Positions 12,630-26,446 are shown, numbered from the stretch's first letter. The stretch is DNA of 64,000 nucleotides from Chrysomallon squamiferum (GCA_012295275.1 CM022669.1:17422001-17486000); one strand, 5' to 3'. Translations and numbers: made by a program. Notes: generated from the sequence alone by a model not told the origin.

Positions 12630-15600
12630 TTAGGAATTCTTCTCTGGGACTCTGATAACAACCTGAAGGAAAGAGAAGAAAATATCAAATAATTTAATAT
12701 AAATCCATAATCAGACTCATTAAACAACATTTTTTTATATATATATATATATATGCACACACCTACATAGTACATACACGTATTATGTTAAAATATATTT
12801 CACTTTCACAAATATATATAATTTTGTTTTCCTGACAGTGAAAAATTTATTTTAAATATGGTTTAAAGTTAAATAATTTAAAAACTATTTAGATGTTTAT
12901 ACTGCATCATTAAAGGAAGGTTTTATCTTGTATATATGCAGAACAATGTCTGTATCTAATTACATTCAATAATTTATAGTTATTCTCATCTTAATTAATA
13001 ATTAGTGATAAAACAAAAGTTTAAATTCTATTTTATATTACAATTTTGAATAAAAAACTTACATTTTTCACTTCAATGTATTGCTGAAGTCCATATTCTC
13101 CTCTATAAATTAAAACAATATAGATTTAAAAAAAAAAAAAAATTAAATTAAAAAAAAAATAAAATTTAAATTTATAAACAGTAATAATTCATTTACCAAT
13201 GTTATCCATTTGAAACTGTCTATAGTCCTTCGTTAGAGATCAGGTGTAAATAGGTAGGCTTTTCTTTTCAGTTGTTGTGGATGAATGATGAGACAAGAGG
13301 GTGCTCATATGAGGACATCAATTTTATTTATTTTATTATTATTTTTAAAAAATGTTTTTTTTTAGCTGGGGGTAATTTTTCATGCAAATGGGACCCCTTA
13401 ATAATCCACCACTGGTAATCATCAAGATGTGGTTCATAAATTCAAATTAAAAAAGGTGTTCTCTGAATTTTTCTACAAGAAATGTAAGTAAGGTCATACA
13501 AAAAATAACCGGTGAATCTTTGGTATTTAATTTTTTCCATTTTATAACACTGTAGCAAAAAGCACTTTAACTCAAGGGAGGTAAGTAATAAGTAATTTTG
13601 TTAGGATCAGTTCTTGAAGATCAGTTATTTTGGGATCAAATATTTGTCTACCTACAATTTGACAATAAAGAGTGACTTAGCAAGTGAGACAGCCATACAT
13701 AGTGTGGATAATACAACTCACATTTACCATGGGTCTAGGCATATATACATGTGATCATAATTAATGTATGTATCTGTTTGTTTTGTGTGTGGCCTTTGTG
13801 CATGTCTGCAATGAGTTATGCTTTGTATTAACACCTGGAGTAATAATCATACAGATGCCAAAGATATATAAAAAAATGACAATCCTAAGCAAATAACAAT
13901 AATTAAAAAGAAAATTTTAGTTCTATTTTAAAGCAGAAAAACATGTTAGTATTGTTGGCTTTTTATGACAATCTCTGATTTTGATTTACAAATTTAACGT
14001 TATTTTAAACTGGTGTTTTGTGATACTTGTTTTGTATATTAAAAAGATCTTCTGTTAACTGCGTATAAACAAAATAAACACAAATATGTCCAGACACTCA
14101 CACACACAAACACCTAAAGGTGTATACGTAAACTATATGCATCAGAAATAAACAAAATAAAATGAATCTTACAGTTCTCTTCCAAGTCCAGACATCTTGT
14201 AGCCACCAAACGGAGCTTGAGCAGATGTAGCTAGGTAACAGTTGACCCTACAGAACAAACAAACAAATAAATAAAAAATTATAAGTAAATAATTAAAAAC
14301 TGCTGATAAAAAAAGAAGCCTGTAACAAAATTGTCTGCTTCTTCTCTCTATGATAAGTCAGATATATATATATATATCATAAATATAAATATATACAGCA
14401 TCTTGTTTGTTGGTAATTACTTTCTTACAAACTACACTATTGTGAAGGGACAAAAACTAAATATTAGAGATTCACTGCTCATTACATTTATATACTGTAA
14501 AAAAAAAAAATAATTATGCTAGAACAGATTGATCTCGTACCACACAGTGCCAGCCTGAATGCTGTGGGCAAACTTGAGTGCCTTGTCAATGTCCTTAGTG
14601 AAAACAGCAGCTCCAAGACCGTATGTTGTTTTGTTAGCTCTTTCAATAACATCGTCCAGATTTTTAAATTTTATTATCTGCTGAACAGGTCCAAATATCT
14701 GAGAACAAAAAATCAAAACAACATCATTTAAACAAAATATATTAAATCATCAAAGCAAATCAATAACAAATTGATGATAATAATGATAACAAACAACAAC
14801 AACAATGATGATGATGATGATAATGATGACAATAATGATGATGATAATAATGATGACAATTATGATGATGATAATAATGATGACAATAATAATGATGATG
14901 ATGACAAAAATATCTTGTTATTTATAAGGAATTCAAGATAATGAAAGAAAATAAACACCTCTTCCTTGGCTATTTTCATGTTGTCTTCAACATCAGCGAA
15001 TACAGTGGGCTCAATGTAGTATCCCTTTTCTCCACGCCTAGTTCCTCCGCACATCAGCTTGGCTCCTTCCTTCTTGCCTGACTCAATCAGGCCAAGAACC
15101 TTGGTAAACTGCTCATTATCAATCTGGTGAGAGAGAGAGATAAACCAATATTTTAAAAATATCTAACACATTTGTTTTATGTGTGTGAATCTGAATGTGA
15201 GCATGAATGAACAGACCTTTGTATTATTATAAATATATACAAATTATGTCTTAGTTTGTGTATCTGGTGAGTGTCTGTGCATACTGGTGTGGATTTTATA
15301 ATAAGTTTAAAAATACTGATAAAATACTGATGACATTATTTATCATTTAATATAAAAGAAAATGATTATAAAACTGCTGGAGATGTTTTAAATGAGGAAA
15401 ATGAAGAGCTAATGTCTTGTACAGACAGTTAAAACACATACAAATGTACCTACCTGTGGGCCGTTTGTAGTTTCAGCATCAAATGGATCTCCTACAACTC
15501 TTTGTTTGGCTTTCTCTACACTTTTCTTCACAAACTCATCATAAATGTCTTCTTGTACAAATGTCCGTGAGCCAGCAATGCAGCACTGACCCATGTTTTC

Positions 15601-18600
15601 CATGACAGCCTCGTGAGCATATGCAACACTCAAATCCACTGCAGAATACAAGTAAAAACATATTTATTATTATTATTTTTTTTTTTTTTGAAGTAAAAAC
15701 ACATAAACGATGACGCATAATGGATAAGAAGAAGAATAATAACACCATCACTAAAATTAATATACTGTGCATCATTAAAAACATTAACTTCCTTGATCTT
15801 ATATTATTCTGTTACTTTATTATTAGTAAACCAATGGTGCATTAAAGTATAATCCTCTTTAATAATAATTTAAAAAAATAATAATGATAATAATGATGAT
15901 GATAATAAAAATAATAACAGTAGTAACAACAGATGGATGGACAGACAGAACTCACAATCAGCATCAGCAAATATCACATTAGGACTTTTTCCTCCAAGTT
16001 CTAGAGTGGTTCGTTTTACGTTACTTCCTGCTGCAGATGCCATGATGACTTGTCCTATCTGTGAAATAAAATCAGTGTACTTAAATATAATTAGTTATTA
16101 CTATAATGTATTGTTGTAAATCTGATAATTATATTAGTTATATATATGTATGTGTGTGTGTGTGTGTGTAAAGCAAATTAAATGCATCTGTATTAACACT
16201 TGTATCTGTAAACAATACCCAAATATAATAAATTTGTATCATATTATATTTATTTTCTAAATTAGATGTATCATACTTTTGTATCTAAATTAAATACAAT
16301 TGTTATTACAAAACTGAATCTATGAATTAATTAAATGTTTGTGTGTTACACTAATCTGTATTACAATATTTTTACATGAATTAAATATACTATGTAGTAT
16401 TACAATGTGTTGAAATCAGCTGTTAATTGGAAACAAAGTATTACATTACTTTATCTGAATAATAAGTATTACATTACTGTATCTGAATAATAAGTATTAC
16501 ATTACTGTATCTGAATAGTAAGTATTACACCGTACAAATAAAAAACCCAACAAATTAATCAATCTGTATTATGCTGCTTAAATGTCAAAAAGACTGAGTC
16601 TCCTACCATTATATTTATATTAGGTCACAAATAACTTAACTGATTTGAGTGTGTCACTGATAATATGTAAGCATTTTGTCACTGGCATTGATAACTTTCA
16701 ACATACTGAGAAAATATGTCATACTGATTAGAATGAAGGGCTGGGGTGGGAAATATATCACAGAATCAAAGAACCTTATGGCCATTTGCTCTTTCAACCA
16801 GTGTCGTACAATTTTGGTTTTTCAAATCTTTCATGTCTCTGGGAAGTTGTATAAAATTAACCCCTTGTGCTCTAATTGTTAAAAGAAAGTAGCCTAAAGA
16901 GTGGCAGACAGCATGTTTACACTATTTCAAATAACACCCAAGAATGTGTAACACCTAGTAATCATTATTAATGCTTAAAGCAAGGTGAATTTCTTTTTAC
17001 TCAGAAAGCATTGTCAGCTTGTGTTAAATATTATTTTAAATTTTTTTTATATACTTTTTAATTTTTGTTTTTAATTTGAATTATTCATGATTATTATTTA
17101 GTCTCTAACTAAACTTTATTTTTAAAATTTTTTATTTTTTTTAATTTAATTTTTGTTTTTGATGTGAATTATTCATGATTATTATTCAGTCTCTAACTAA
17201 TCTTTATTTTTAAAAAAAATTATATTTTGTTTATTTAATTTTTGTTTTGGAAGTGAATTATTCATGATCATTATTTATTATTATTTACTCTCTAACTAAA
17301 CTTTATTTAAAAAAAAAAAAAAATTTTTATTTAATTTTTGTTTTTAATGTGAATTATTTATTATTATTTAGTCTCTAACCTTTATTTTTTTTAAAAATTT
17401 AATATTTTTTTATTTAATTTTTGTTGTTAATGTGAATTATTCATATTATTATTTAGTCTCTAACCTTTATTTTAAAAACAAATTTAATATTTTTTTATTT
17501 AATTTTTGTTGTTAATGTGAATTATTCATATTATTATTTAGTCTCTAACTAGCCTTTATTTTTAAAGTTTTTATTACTTTTTTTTAATGTGAATTATTCA
17601 TTATTATTATTTAGTCTCTAACCAACCTTTATTTTTAAAAAAATTTAAATTTTTTTTTTTAATGTGAATTATTCACAATTATTATCTATTATTATTTAGT
17701 CTCTAACCAACCTCGGTGGAGCCTGTGAATGCAACTTTATTGACTTCTGGGTGGCCTGACAGAGCCGCACCAGCTGTGGGACCATAGCCTGGAATCACGT
17801 TGAAAACACCAGGAGGAAAGCCAGCCTGCGGAGAATAACGCAGAACGTTAACAAACGTCTTTAGTTTACATCTCATTCAACTGATTACAAACTGAAAACA
17901 AACGAGAAAGAAGAAAACAGAATACTTCCAGGTTTATTTTTTTTATCTCATTAATTATTTTTAACATTAATACACTGAAAATGAGCAACAAAATTTTTTT
18001 TAAAAATAACAATTTTTAAACAATTTTAAAATAACAAGTAGAAACAAAATGTTTTATTTATCTTGTCTAAATTTTTTTTTTCAACTGGAACATAATAAGA
18101 ACTAGTGCATCAATAAAAAGTAAAAAAATAATTTTAACCAAATTCATGAGAAATAACATTATTTAATATAATATTTTTTTTTTTTTTTAATATTAGAAAA
18201 ATGAATAAATAACCACTGCTTTTATCTTTATAAAAACTTTTCATTCTAAAATTTTACTTCATATTTTTATCTTAACTTCTGAAAACAAATTGATTTTTAA
18301 AGCACAGGAATATATCTTTATAAATACTTGTGTGAATACTTAACTTTTCACTGAAATCCAGTCTTGAGAGTTGATTAAATAATTTTAAAATCATTTTAAA
18401 TATGATGTCAGATATTTTTACGTTTAACGACTGACCTCTTTAACAAGGGAAGCCAGGTACAGGGCTGTCAGGGGAGTCTGTTCTGCTGGTTTCATTATCA
18501 ACACACTGCCACTGGCCAGGCAGGGCGCAATCTTCCAGGAAAACATCAGAACTGGATAGTTCCACTGAAATAATAATAGTAATAGTAACAATAACAGTGA

Positions 18601-18709
18601 TAATACAAACAACATTAGTAATAATAATAACAATAATAATAAAAACAAAAATAATCATAATAGTAAAAATAAAAATAATAATAAAAACATTACTAATAAT
18701 AACAATAAC

Positions 18710-18749
<40 letters not shown>

Positions 18750-21700
18750 TTATATAATAATTAAATTAATAATAATATAATAATAAAAATAAAATCAACA
18801 TTACTAACAATAATAATAATAAAAGTATTAATAGGAATAGTAATAGTAATAACAATAACATAATAATAAAAAAGATGATAAATTAAAACACATTAAAAAG
18901 TAAAATAATTATATAAAAACAATACGGAAGTATAAATATTAAAATAATATACATCTGTTAGAAATATTTTTTAAAACAAAATAAAAATGTAACATATCAG
19001 ATAGAATTTACACCAGTGTATACTGACACATGAACTCACGAAGTACTCACAGGAATGATGGCAGCACAGACACCCACTGGTTCATGTCTGGTGTAGCAGA
19101 AGAAATTTCCATCTGCACACAAAAAATAAGAAATACATTTTAAGTATTATACTGATATTTAGTATGTAAACCTGTATTATGAAAGCACTGGATATATCAA
19201 AATAACCTTCAGATGTATTTTAATATCAGTTAACTACAGCATAAACTGTATGTGAAAGAATTATTTACAACAGCTTTTCATTTTGATTACAAAAGTATGA
19301 ATTAATAATCATTTTATAAAAAAATATCTATGAATCTTTTTCACTCTTTTTTTTCCTTGGTGTTATATATAAATATTTAACAATTTCAAATACTTTCTAC
19401 AATTATTTGCTTTTAAGTACATTCATTATTTGAAGGTTCTTTTTAAAGCTGGCTCAGATGAAAATTTAATTTAAGTATGTTGGGTCATATGATCCGATAC
19501 CAGCTTGTCCAAGCAGGTATCAGATCGCAACTCTAAACACTGAGCTTACTGGGTTTCACTATAAACATGAATAATTCATGTTTTGGTTTGTAAACTAATG
19601 TTCTGTTACAGGGGGGGCTGTTAAACTATTATTTATGTAACTTACTGACTGGAATGGTTTTCCCCTGTATTTTGTCACTCCATCCTGCATAGTAGCGGAT
19701 CACTTGAAGAGAGAAGTCAAGATCTCCTGATGCAGCAACATAACTTTTCCCATTGTCCAGAGTCTCCAAACTCTACACAAAAAAAACAAAAACAAATTCC
19801 AGTATTTATTATTAAATTTTTCCTTAGATAGATAAATCTGTCATGAAAAAAAAAAAAAGACCAACAGTTTCTGTGGTTGCACTGATGAAAATCTTGCACA
19901 CCCAACATGCATGTCTCACTAAACTTTAGCTTCCATCCATCTCTAAAATCTGTGGTTCCAGAAAGAAATGAAAATGCTGAATGTTAATTTAATATTAAAG
20001 GAAGAGAAATGGGTGTAATTAAAACAAAGAGTACTCACACAAATGTAGGCTCTGTCTCGTTCCATCAAGTCGGCCAGTTTCCACAGAAGACTGCCTTTCT
20101 TGCTGGCATCCATTCGTCGCCATGGTGACCCCAGTTTGAAAGCCTCTTTGGCTGCTGCAACGGCTTTGTCAACATCGGCCTGAAGAAGAGGACAGCCAAT
20201 AATTACACAACCAAAAATTACTTTCTCTATTGAAGTAAACAAATTTTTGACAAGGTATGTCAGTATCTGTCTGTGTAAATACACTAATATTGATGACTGA
20301 TTAAAGTATGAAAATGTGAATTTATTAACTGTATGTAAAAAACTCCTATAAACACATTTACTGAATGTGTAGTTTTTGAAAAAATGTTAAGTGGTAATTA
20401 ATACTATCACATTAATGATTCATGTTGCACTTTACACCAGCTCAGACTTTTATTAATGGAAATAATATGCAAGGACAGGAATAAAAATGTTCTGATTGAA
20501 ACTGTTATGCAGTTACACGGATTAAACAGGATATTCTGTCACTATCTCTTCAAAAACTCAGTTTTATCACCACATGCATTATATGAGACATGAATTTTAT
20601 GAAAACATCTGTAACTTTAATAAAAAATCAAAAAAATTAAAAATTAAAAAATAAATAAATTTAATACCTGTTACATTTACTATGCTTAAATTGTGCTATA
20701 TAAATAAAATAATCTGGCAGTAGTGGTTATTTATATCCTGGTGATCGTACACTGATTGTAAAGTGTCTCTGTATAATTAATATACTGAGACACTTGTGTA
20801 AACCTGCTGTCATGTTTGTTTTTATGTAAATTAATGTGTAAAACCACTGACCTTGTCACCTTCCTGCACATCAGCTATTTTTTCTTCAGTCACGGGATTG
20901 ATGGTTGGAAACGTCTGGCCACTGACAGAATTAACATATTCATTGTTGATGAACAGCTGTGAAACCAGAAACATACACTGCAGTCGAATAATCAACACAT
21001 TATTAAACAATGATTAATTTATTTTGTTTCAAATAATTTTAAATAATAATAATAAATAAAAATAATTACAGAGTTTTTGATTTTGTAATCAAAAAAGAAA
21101 TAAATCCATAAATATTTTTAAAATGAAAGATGAAAATGGCTAATTGATAAAAATAAAGTCATTTGACTTTTAAAAGATTTATATACTTACTGACCAGGAA
21201 TATTTTGTTTCTTATAATTTTACATACATTTTTAAAAATAAGTACACAGTTTTTGAGTCTGAAATAATCCATTAACATTTTTAAAATGAAAGATGAAAAT
21301 GCCTAACAGATAAAATAAAGCAATTTCATTTTTCTTCTGGTGCTTTGATGTGAATGTGCATATGATATGCATTTAAATATATATATATATATATATATAA
21401 AAAAAAAAAAAAAAAAAAGAGAGAGAAAGCCCTTTAACTCTTTCAGATACAGGAGACATGAATTTAGTTATCTAGATATGCATAACTATTAAATACTTAT
21501 TTCCAATGTTAATCATGAAAACGTATGATGAGAGTAATATATCAGTTCACATAGTTTTGAAATTAATAAACAGACGAAATGAATATTATTAATTTCTTTA
21601 AAATCTTGCTGACTGTAATATATGTTGTCAATGCGCCTTTACTGGTGTTTGCTTTGTATCACATTTAGCTCATGGCCTGATTACAGATTTTTAAAGATTT

Positions 21701-23220
21701 TTTTACTAGGAACTTAAGATGCAGGATGTCAGTGATCAACTTCACGTAAAATCAACAATGTGTTTGTGTAAAACAAAAAGGATTTACACCCGTGTGGTCA
21801 AATTCATCTCCTAGTATTTACACTAAATATTTACACTGTCGAAAGTAAATTTTATTGTTGATAGAGTGTAACTATAATGAAATGCTTGTCTTGTTCTTTA
21901 ACAGCTTCATTTTATATAAACTAAAACAATTCTTATTAATTTTCTTTGTCACTACTGGTTTTCTTTAAAACCTTCTTAGGAAACTGTATTTATTAAAAAA
22001 TCATGAATAAAATAAACATTTAATAAATGGGTTAATTTATATTTTCAGTGCATATTCGGCCCAGGTAATTGCAACAGGTTTAGCAAATATTAAAGCCAAT
22101 ACTTGTAAAAATTTAGCAAAGGTTAAATGCAGTAACAACAACATGTTTGGCTGAAATGGTGAACAAATGTTTCATGTAGCATACAACAGCATCACAACCT
22201 GATCAAGAAAACATTCATCTGATACTTTTAGTCTTTTTTTCAAACTAAACCTTAAATATTATTAATAGCAATAACAGGACTTCAAAATAGATAAAACTGT
22301 AAATAACCCAGTTGCTTTGTTTCATTAAAATAAAGACCTGAAGCTGATAATTAACAGATTTTTTAATTTTTAAAACACACTTCAACCCATACCTAATCCA
22401 ACTTTAATTAACCAGGTCATAATATCAATTATCCAGATAATTTATGGATTAGCTGATTCTTTTAAACAAGGGGTCTAGGTTACATAAAAGGAAAAATGTC
22501 TCAAGATAAATTCGAACAGAAGATAAAAAGTGAAATGAAGGTCAGTTTTGTCCTTACTAAATAAGAAGATAACTTTACTATTTATTTATTTATTTATTTA
22601 ATATTTCAATGCACATTACATAAAACTTAAATTTGGCTTCCTAGCACAGTGTTATTAACTTCAAAAGTATTTTTTTTTTTTTTTTTTTTTTTTTTGGTAA
22701 TTATTGAAGAGTGTTTTAATATAAAATCAAATGATTCCAGCTATTTAGAAAGTGTAAAACATTTTTAATTTAAATACTCTAATTTCATATACAACATATG
22801 AATGCTAAATGACACTTCAGGACAACAAAACTTATGTGTTGCACATACAGGAAGTTAATAGATTTACTGTTTTAATATAAATTGTACACTGTATCTGTGT
22901 AAAAACAGGCATCACATTTGACAAGATAAATAAACAAATTTTTTTGACTGAATGAAATGTTTAATGGTATTTTAATATCATCACAGGGAAACAAATAATT
23001 AAAAACTTATTAAAAAAAACCATTTGTATCTTTTGAAATGTATAAAATCAAATGTGGATGGATTATAAACAATTCTATCACATTACTTTTGTTAAAATAT
23101 ATTTTATCAATAACATCATAACTTGTCACACGGTTTTTGTTATATTATACAAATATGTTTGTTTTAAGAACAAAATTATGATATTACATAAATGTGTTAA
23201 AATTGCTGAATTTATTGACC

Positions 23221-23252
<32 letters not shown>

Positions 23253-25126
23253 GAAATGTTTTTTTCTTTTCTTTGAATGCATGGATGTGATATCTCTTCA
23301 ATTTTTTTTATTATTAACGTTTTCTTCTTCATCAAGTTCTTTTTCTTTTGTGTTCATTTTTTAATCATTACAGCTGCTTATCCCTGACTACTAACACATA
23401 CAACATTTTGAAAAATACAGCTGTTGTGACAGTCCATAAACAAAAAACAAGAAAGTCAGTTTGTACCTGTAGAGCAGTGCTTTTTAATCTGACTGGTTCA
23501 TCCAAGGGTAAAAGGAAGTATTTTAGGGGTTAATGAAACTAGAGCAATGAATGAAGGGTCTGTCTTAATCTATTCTGACAGCTGTACTCTTTCTTCTGAA
23601 CTTTGAAAAGTCAGAAGAAAAATATTCCTTCTAAAAATCTTATTTCAAGTTTAAGATTACTTCATGTAAACAAGAAAACATTTAATGATTAACACACCTT
23701 TAACACATCTTTTCAAAAATTGTAATTTATTAAAAGAGTAAAACAAGTTAATTTATATTTCTTGCACATGTGAAAGATAGATGAAAATTACCAAAATCAG
23801 GTGAATGAAATCAGGTGATAAGAGACTAGTGAGTGAATGAAAGATTCAAGGGTTGCATGCTTTACCCAGTGACATGCATGACAGCCTCCTTTAAACATTT
23901 AAACTTCTCCAAACAAACAAACACTGAATACAAAGGCTGCTTCAGTTAATCAAAGCATTAAAGCATCCTCACACACACTGCCACACCATTATCCTTGACA
24001 CACCACAACAGAGCTGTAAATAAACATATAACATTTATAAGAAATTCATCACGGGACACTTTTAGCTGACCTTCGCAATACCTGGTGTCCACAGGTCCAC
24101 AACAAAACTAAGGTAATTGAGTCATGCTCTAACCTTCGGTCAGCTACAGGGATTGAGTGGCCTACATAACTGAGAGGTTGAAGCGAGAATATCAAGAATT
24201 AAAATATAAAGATCAATGCTTCTCTATGCAGCAGTCAAGACTGTCTTTTTCAAGGCAATGTCCATTGGTTTATTTATGTCAGAGGCATGGGCTATGCTAA
24301 CTTGTTAACAGCAATATGCAGTTACAAAGTCTCTTGTTGTTTGTTCAGTAATGTGCAGTTAAAAGGATTCCATTTCGTAACAGAGACAAATAACTGTAAC
24401 ATAATAAAACATGGTGTTATTTAAAAAATATATATTCAGTAAGCTGATCAGCAAAAGCATTTGGCTATGCACAGCATGCAAATTCAGTTACAGATACACA
24501 CAAATTTGTAAACATTTATTAACATTTAATCAAACTGAATTGTTATTAGTTATACAATACTCTTTTTTTTTTTCAAAAATCCTTGCTATTTTTTAGTGTT
24601 GCTTAATTAATAATATAAAAAAGGAGAAAAAAAGCAACAAAGCAATAATACTAATAATTTTAAAAAATATATATATATATATATATTTTTTTTTTTTTAC
24701 AGAAAGTTCAAAATCACTTTTGGCATCCTCAATTAAAAGTGATATTCTCTATTTTGAATATTTATAACTGCACATTTACTTTGTCTTCTGCAAGAAATTT
24801 CAGTGTAAAAAGAAGGATTGCTATATAACCTTGTCTAGGATAACTATTAAAGGAAATAAATTAACATACTTTAAAAAGAAGAAGGAAAAGATAATTATTT
24901 CGTATGCAGAAACGTTAAATCGTACACCTATACCTTTTATAACAATTATGCCACATATGCCTGAATACTACGTACGTACGTTTCTGCAAAACCGATGGGT
25001 GCCAATGCTGGGTTTTAGCAAACTAAGTCTATATAACTATGAAAGAAAGAATGACAGTTTATTTAACTGTTTTACCTGCGTGTATTTTATCTCTGGGTTG
25101 CGTATTGGTGCTGGCAGACTCGTCAT
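12630..25126 (-). CDS. ALDH1A: Cytosolic NAD-dependent aldehyde dehydrogenase, ALDH1A/retinal dehydrogenase-like, complete, 495 aa
   Basis: 14 GT-AG exons: 25126-25076, 20956-20852, 20179-20039, 19772-19646, 19112-19051, 18564-18436, 17825-17712, 16058-15956, 15638-15454, 15123-14959, 14698-14541, 14247-14173, 13102-13063, 12662-12630, totalling 1488 nt with TAA. Starts [23 protein letters not shown] with no mitochondrial transit peptide. Contains PWNYP, KPAEQTP, FTGSTE, catalytic Glu in LELGGKSP, catalytic Cys in [16 protein letters not shown] and PFGGYKMSG, and ends [10 protein letters not shown]. Confidence 0.96.
16436..16530. repeat. 28-bp tandem repeat (AAGTATTACATTACTGTATCTGAATAAT), ~3.3 copies
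   Basis: Copies start at 16436, 16464, 16492 and 16520; looser copies extend over about 16180-16580. Confidence 0.85.
16780..16990 (+). mobile_element. Degenerate SINE core remnant
   Basis: CCCCTTGTGCTCTAATTGTTAAAAGAAAGTAGCCTAAAGAGTGGCAGACAGC resembles 55404-55450 (TTCTTGCTGCTAAATGGTTTGAGTAGTCCAGGGAGTGCCAG). Both resemble my recollection of the central domain of gastropod tRNA-derived SINEs. No database check was run. Confidence 0.45.
17030..17711. repeat. ~85-bp tandem array (8 copies) abutting the ALDH exon 7 donor
   Basis: The anchor GTCTCTAAC (one copy CTCTCTAAC) occurs at 17101, 17189, 17288, 17371, 17456, 17541, 17614 and 17699, each preceded by a TGAATTATT motif. Confidence 0.9.
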
Positions 25127-25149
25127 CTTTAGTTATTTGTAACGAATTG

Positions 25150-25471
25150 TAATTTTCAACAGCAGCACGTCAGTGAAACTTCACTATTCGACTGGTTCTG
25201 GTAAAAGAGCGCTTCTATATATAGAACAACACGTGACCCGGTGTTTTTAACACGTTGACCCATCAATGTAAATATATGAGTAACGTGATCTTGCGGGTTT
25301 TTTTTTTTTTTTTTTTTCTTTTCTTTTAAAGTTAATTTACAAATAAAATAAACATCAGGTTTATTTTCTACATCAGTAAATGTCATAATTATTCTCGATG
25401 GAACTTAAAAGCACAAATCCAGTTGTTCTAAACTTAATTTGTAAAATTATTCAGCAAACATTTTTATCTCT

Positions 25472-25518
<47 letters not shown>

Positions 25519-25900
25519 TTAATAATAAACTTTAAAATAAGTAAATAGGCAACTGGCAGTAGCAACATCATCTGAAATCATGTTTGTTCTAATAATGAGG
25601 TAACAATTAACATTTTATAATATAACTTGTTTAATTTCACCTTTTATTATTGTATCTCTATACATATCTGGGCCAAAGTTAAACAGCGATACAAAATATA
25701 TAGTTTGCTTGTAACACACATAACATACATACACACGCACACAAATAAAAATATCTATTTGTGAAAATAGTATTATCAGTTCTTTATTTATAATTATATG
25801 TCATTTTGGCCTTCCATAGTTGACCAACTGGCACTGAAATAAAACCCACAACAGTCTGCGTGCATGCATTTTGTTCAAGCACGTCCACGGTGTCAGTTAA
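25150..25900. promoter_or_regulatory. Divergent (head-to-head) promoter region of the ALDH and AGA-like genes
   Basis: Start codons at 25126 (-) and 25901 (+) are 775 bp apart. On the ALDH side, TATATATA at 25216-25223 lies about 30 nt upstream of an Inr-like CCAGT (~25193, minus strand), with CACGTGAC at 25230-25237. The region is CpG-rich compared with the flanking gene bodies. Confidence 0.65.
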
Positions 25901-26182
25901 ATGGTTTTAACAGTTCTCGGCACTTGGACTTTTGCTGCAGCGGCCGTTGACGTAACCGCGAGACTTCTGTCAACATCGTTCAACGTCGTCGATGCCGTCG
26001 AAGCAGGCATCAACGGTTAGTGTTGTACGTTGTTATGTTATCGTTGACCTAGTGCTAAAGTAAATATTCAAAGCTCCACATTCATGCGGTGATTGAAGAT
26101 AAAGAAAAAGGTCAAATCATTTCGTGAGATTTCAGCCGGGGGATTTTTATGCAGATTTACACACACGCGTGCACACACACAC

Positions 26183-26230
<48 letters not shown>

Positions 26231-26404
26231 ACACACACACATTGATTTTTTTATTATATATTTTTAAAAATTAATCATGGTACATTAGTATTATGTTTAT
26301 TGTAGTCATTTCATTGGAACTGGTTTTCAGTTTCAGAATAACCAATTAAATATCACTTAATGCAGATATATGGCACCCTTTTCAAAAAGTTTTGTTTGCA
26401 AGCT

Positions 26405-26446
<42 letters not shown>

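Noticed and set aside
17030-17711. Repeat-spacer appearance suggestive of a CRISPR array
   Set aside because: The apparent spacers are homologous AT-rich parts of one tandem unit, the context is a eukaryotic intron, and there are no cas genes.
24067-24083. DR5-like retinoic acid response element (TGACCT-N5-ATACCT) in ALDH intron 1
   Set aside because: One half-site has two mismatches; this is expected by chance and there is no conservation evidence.
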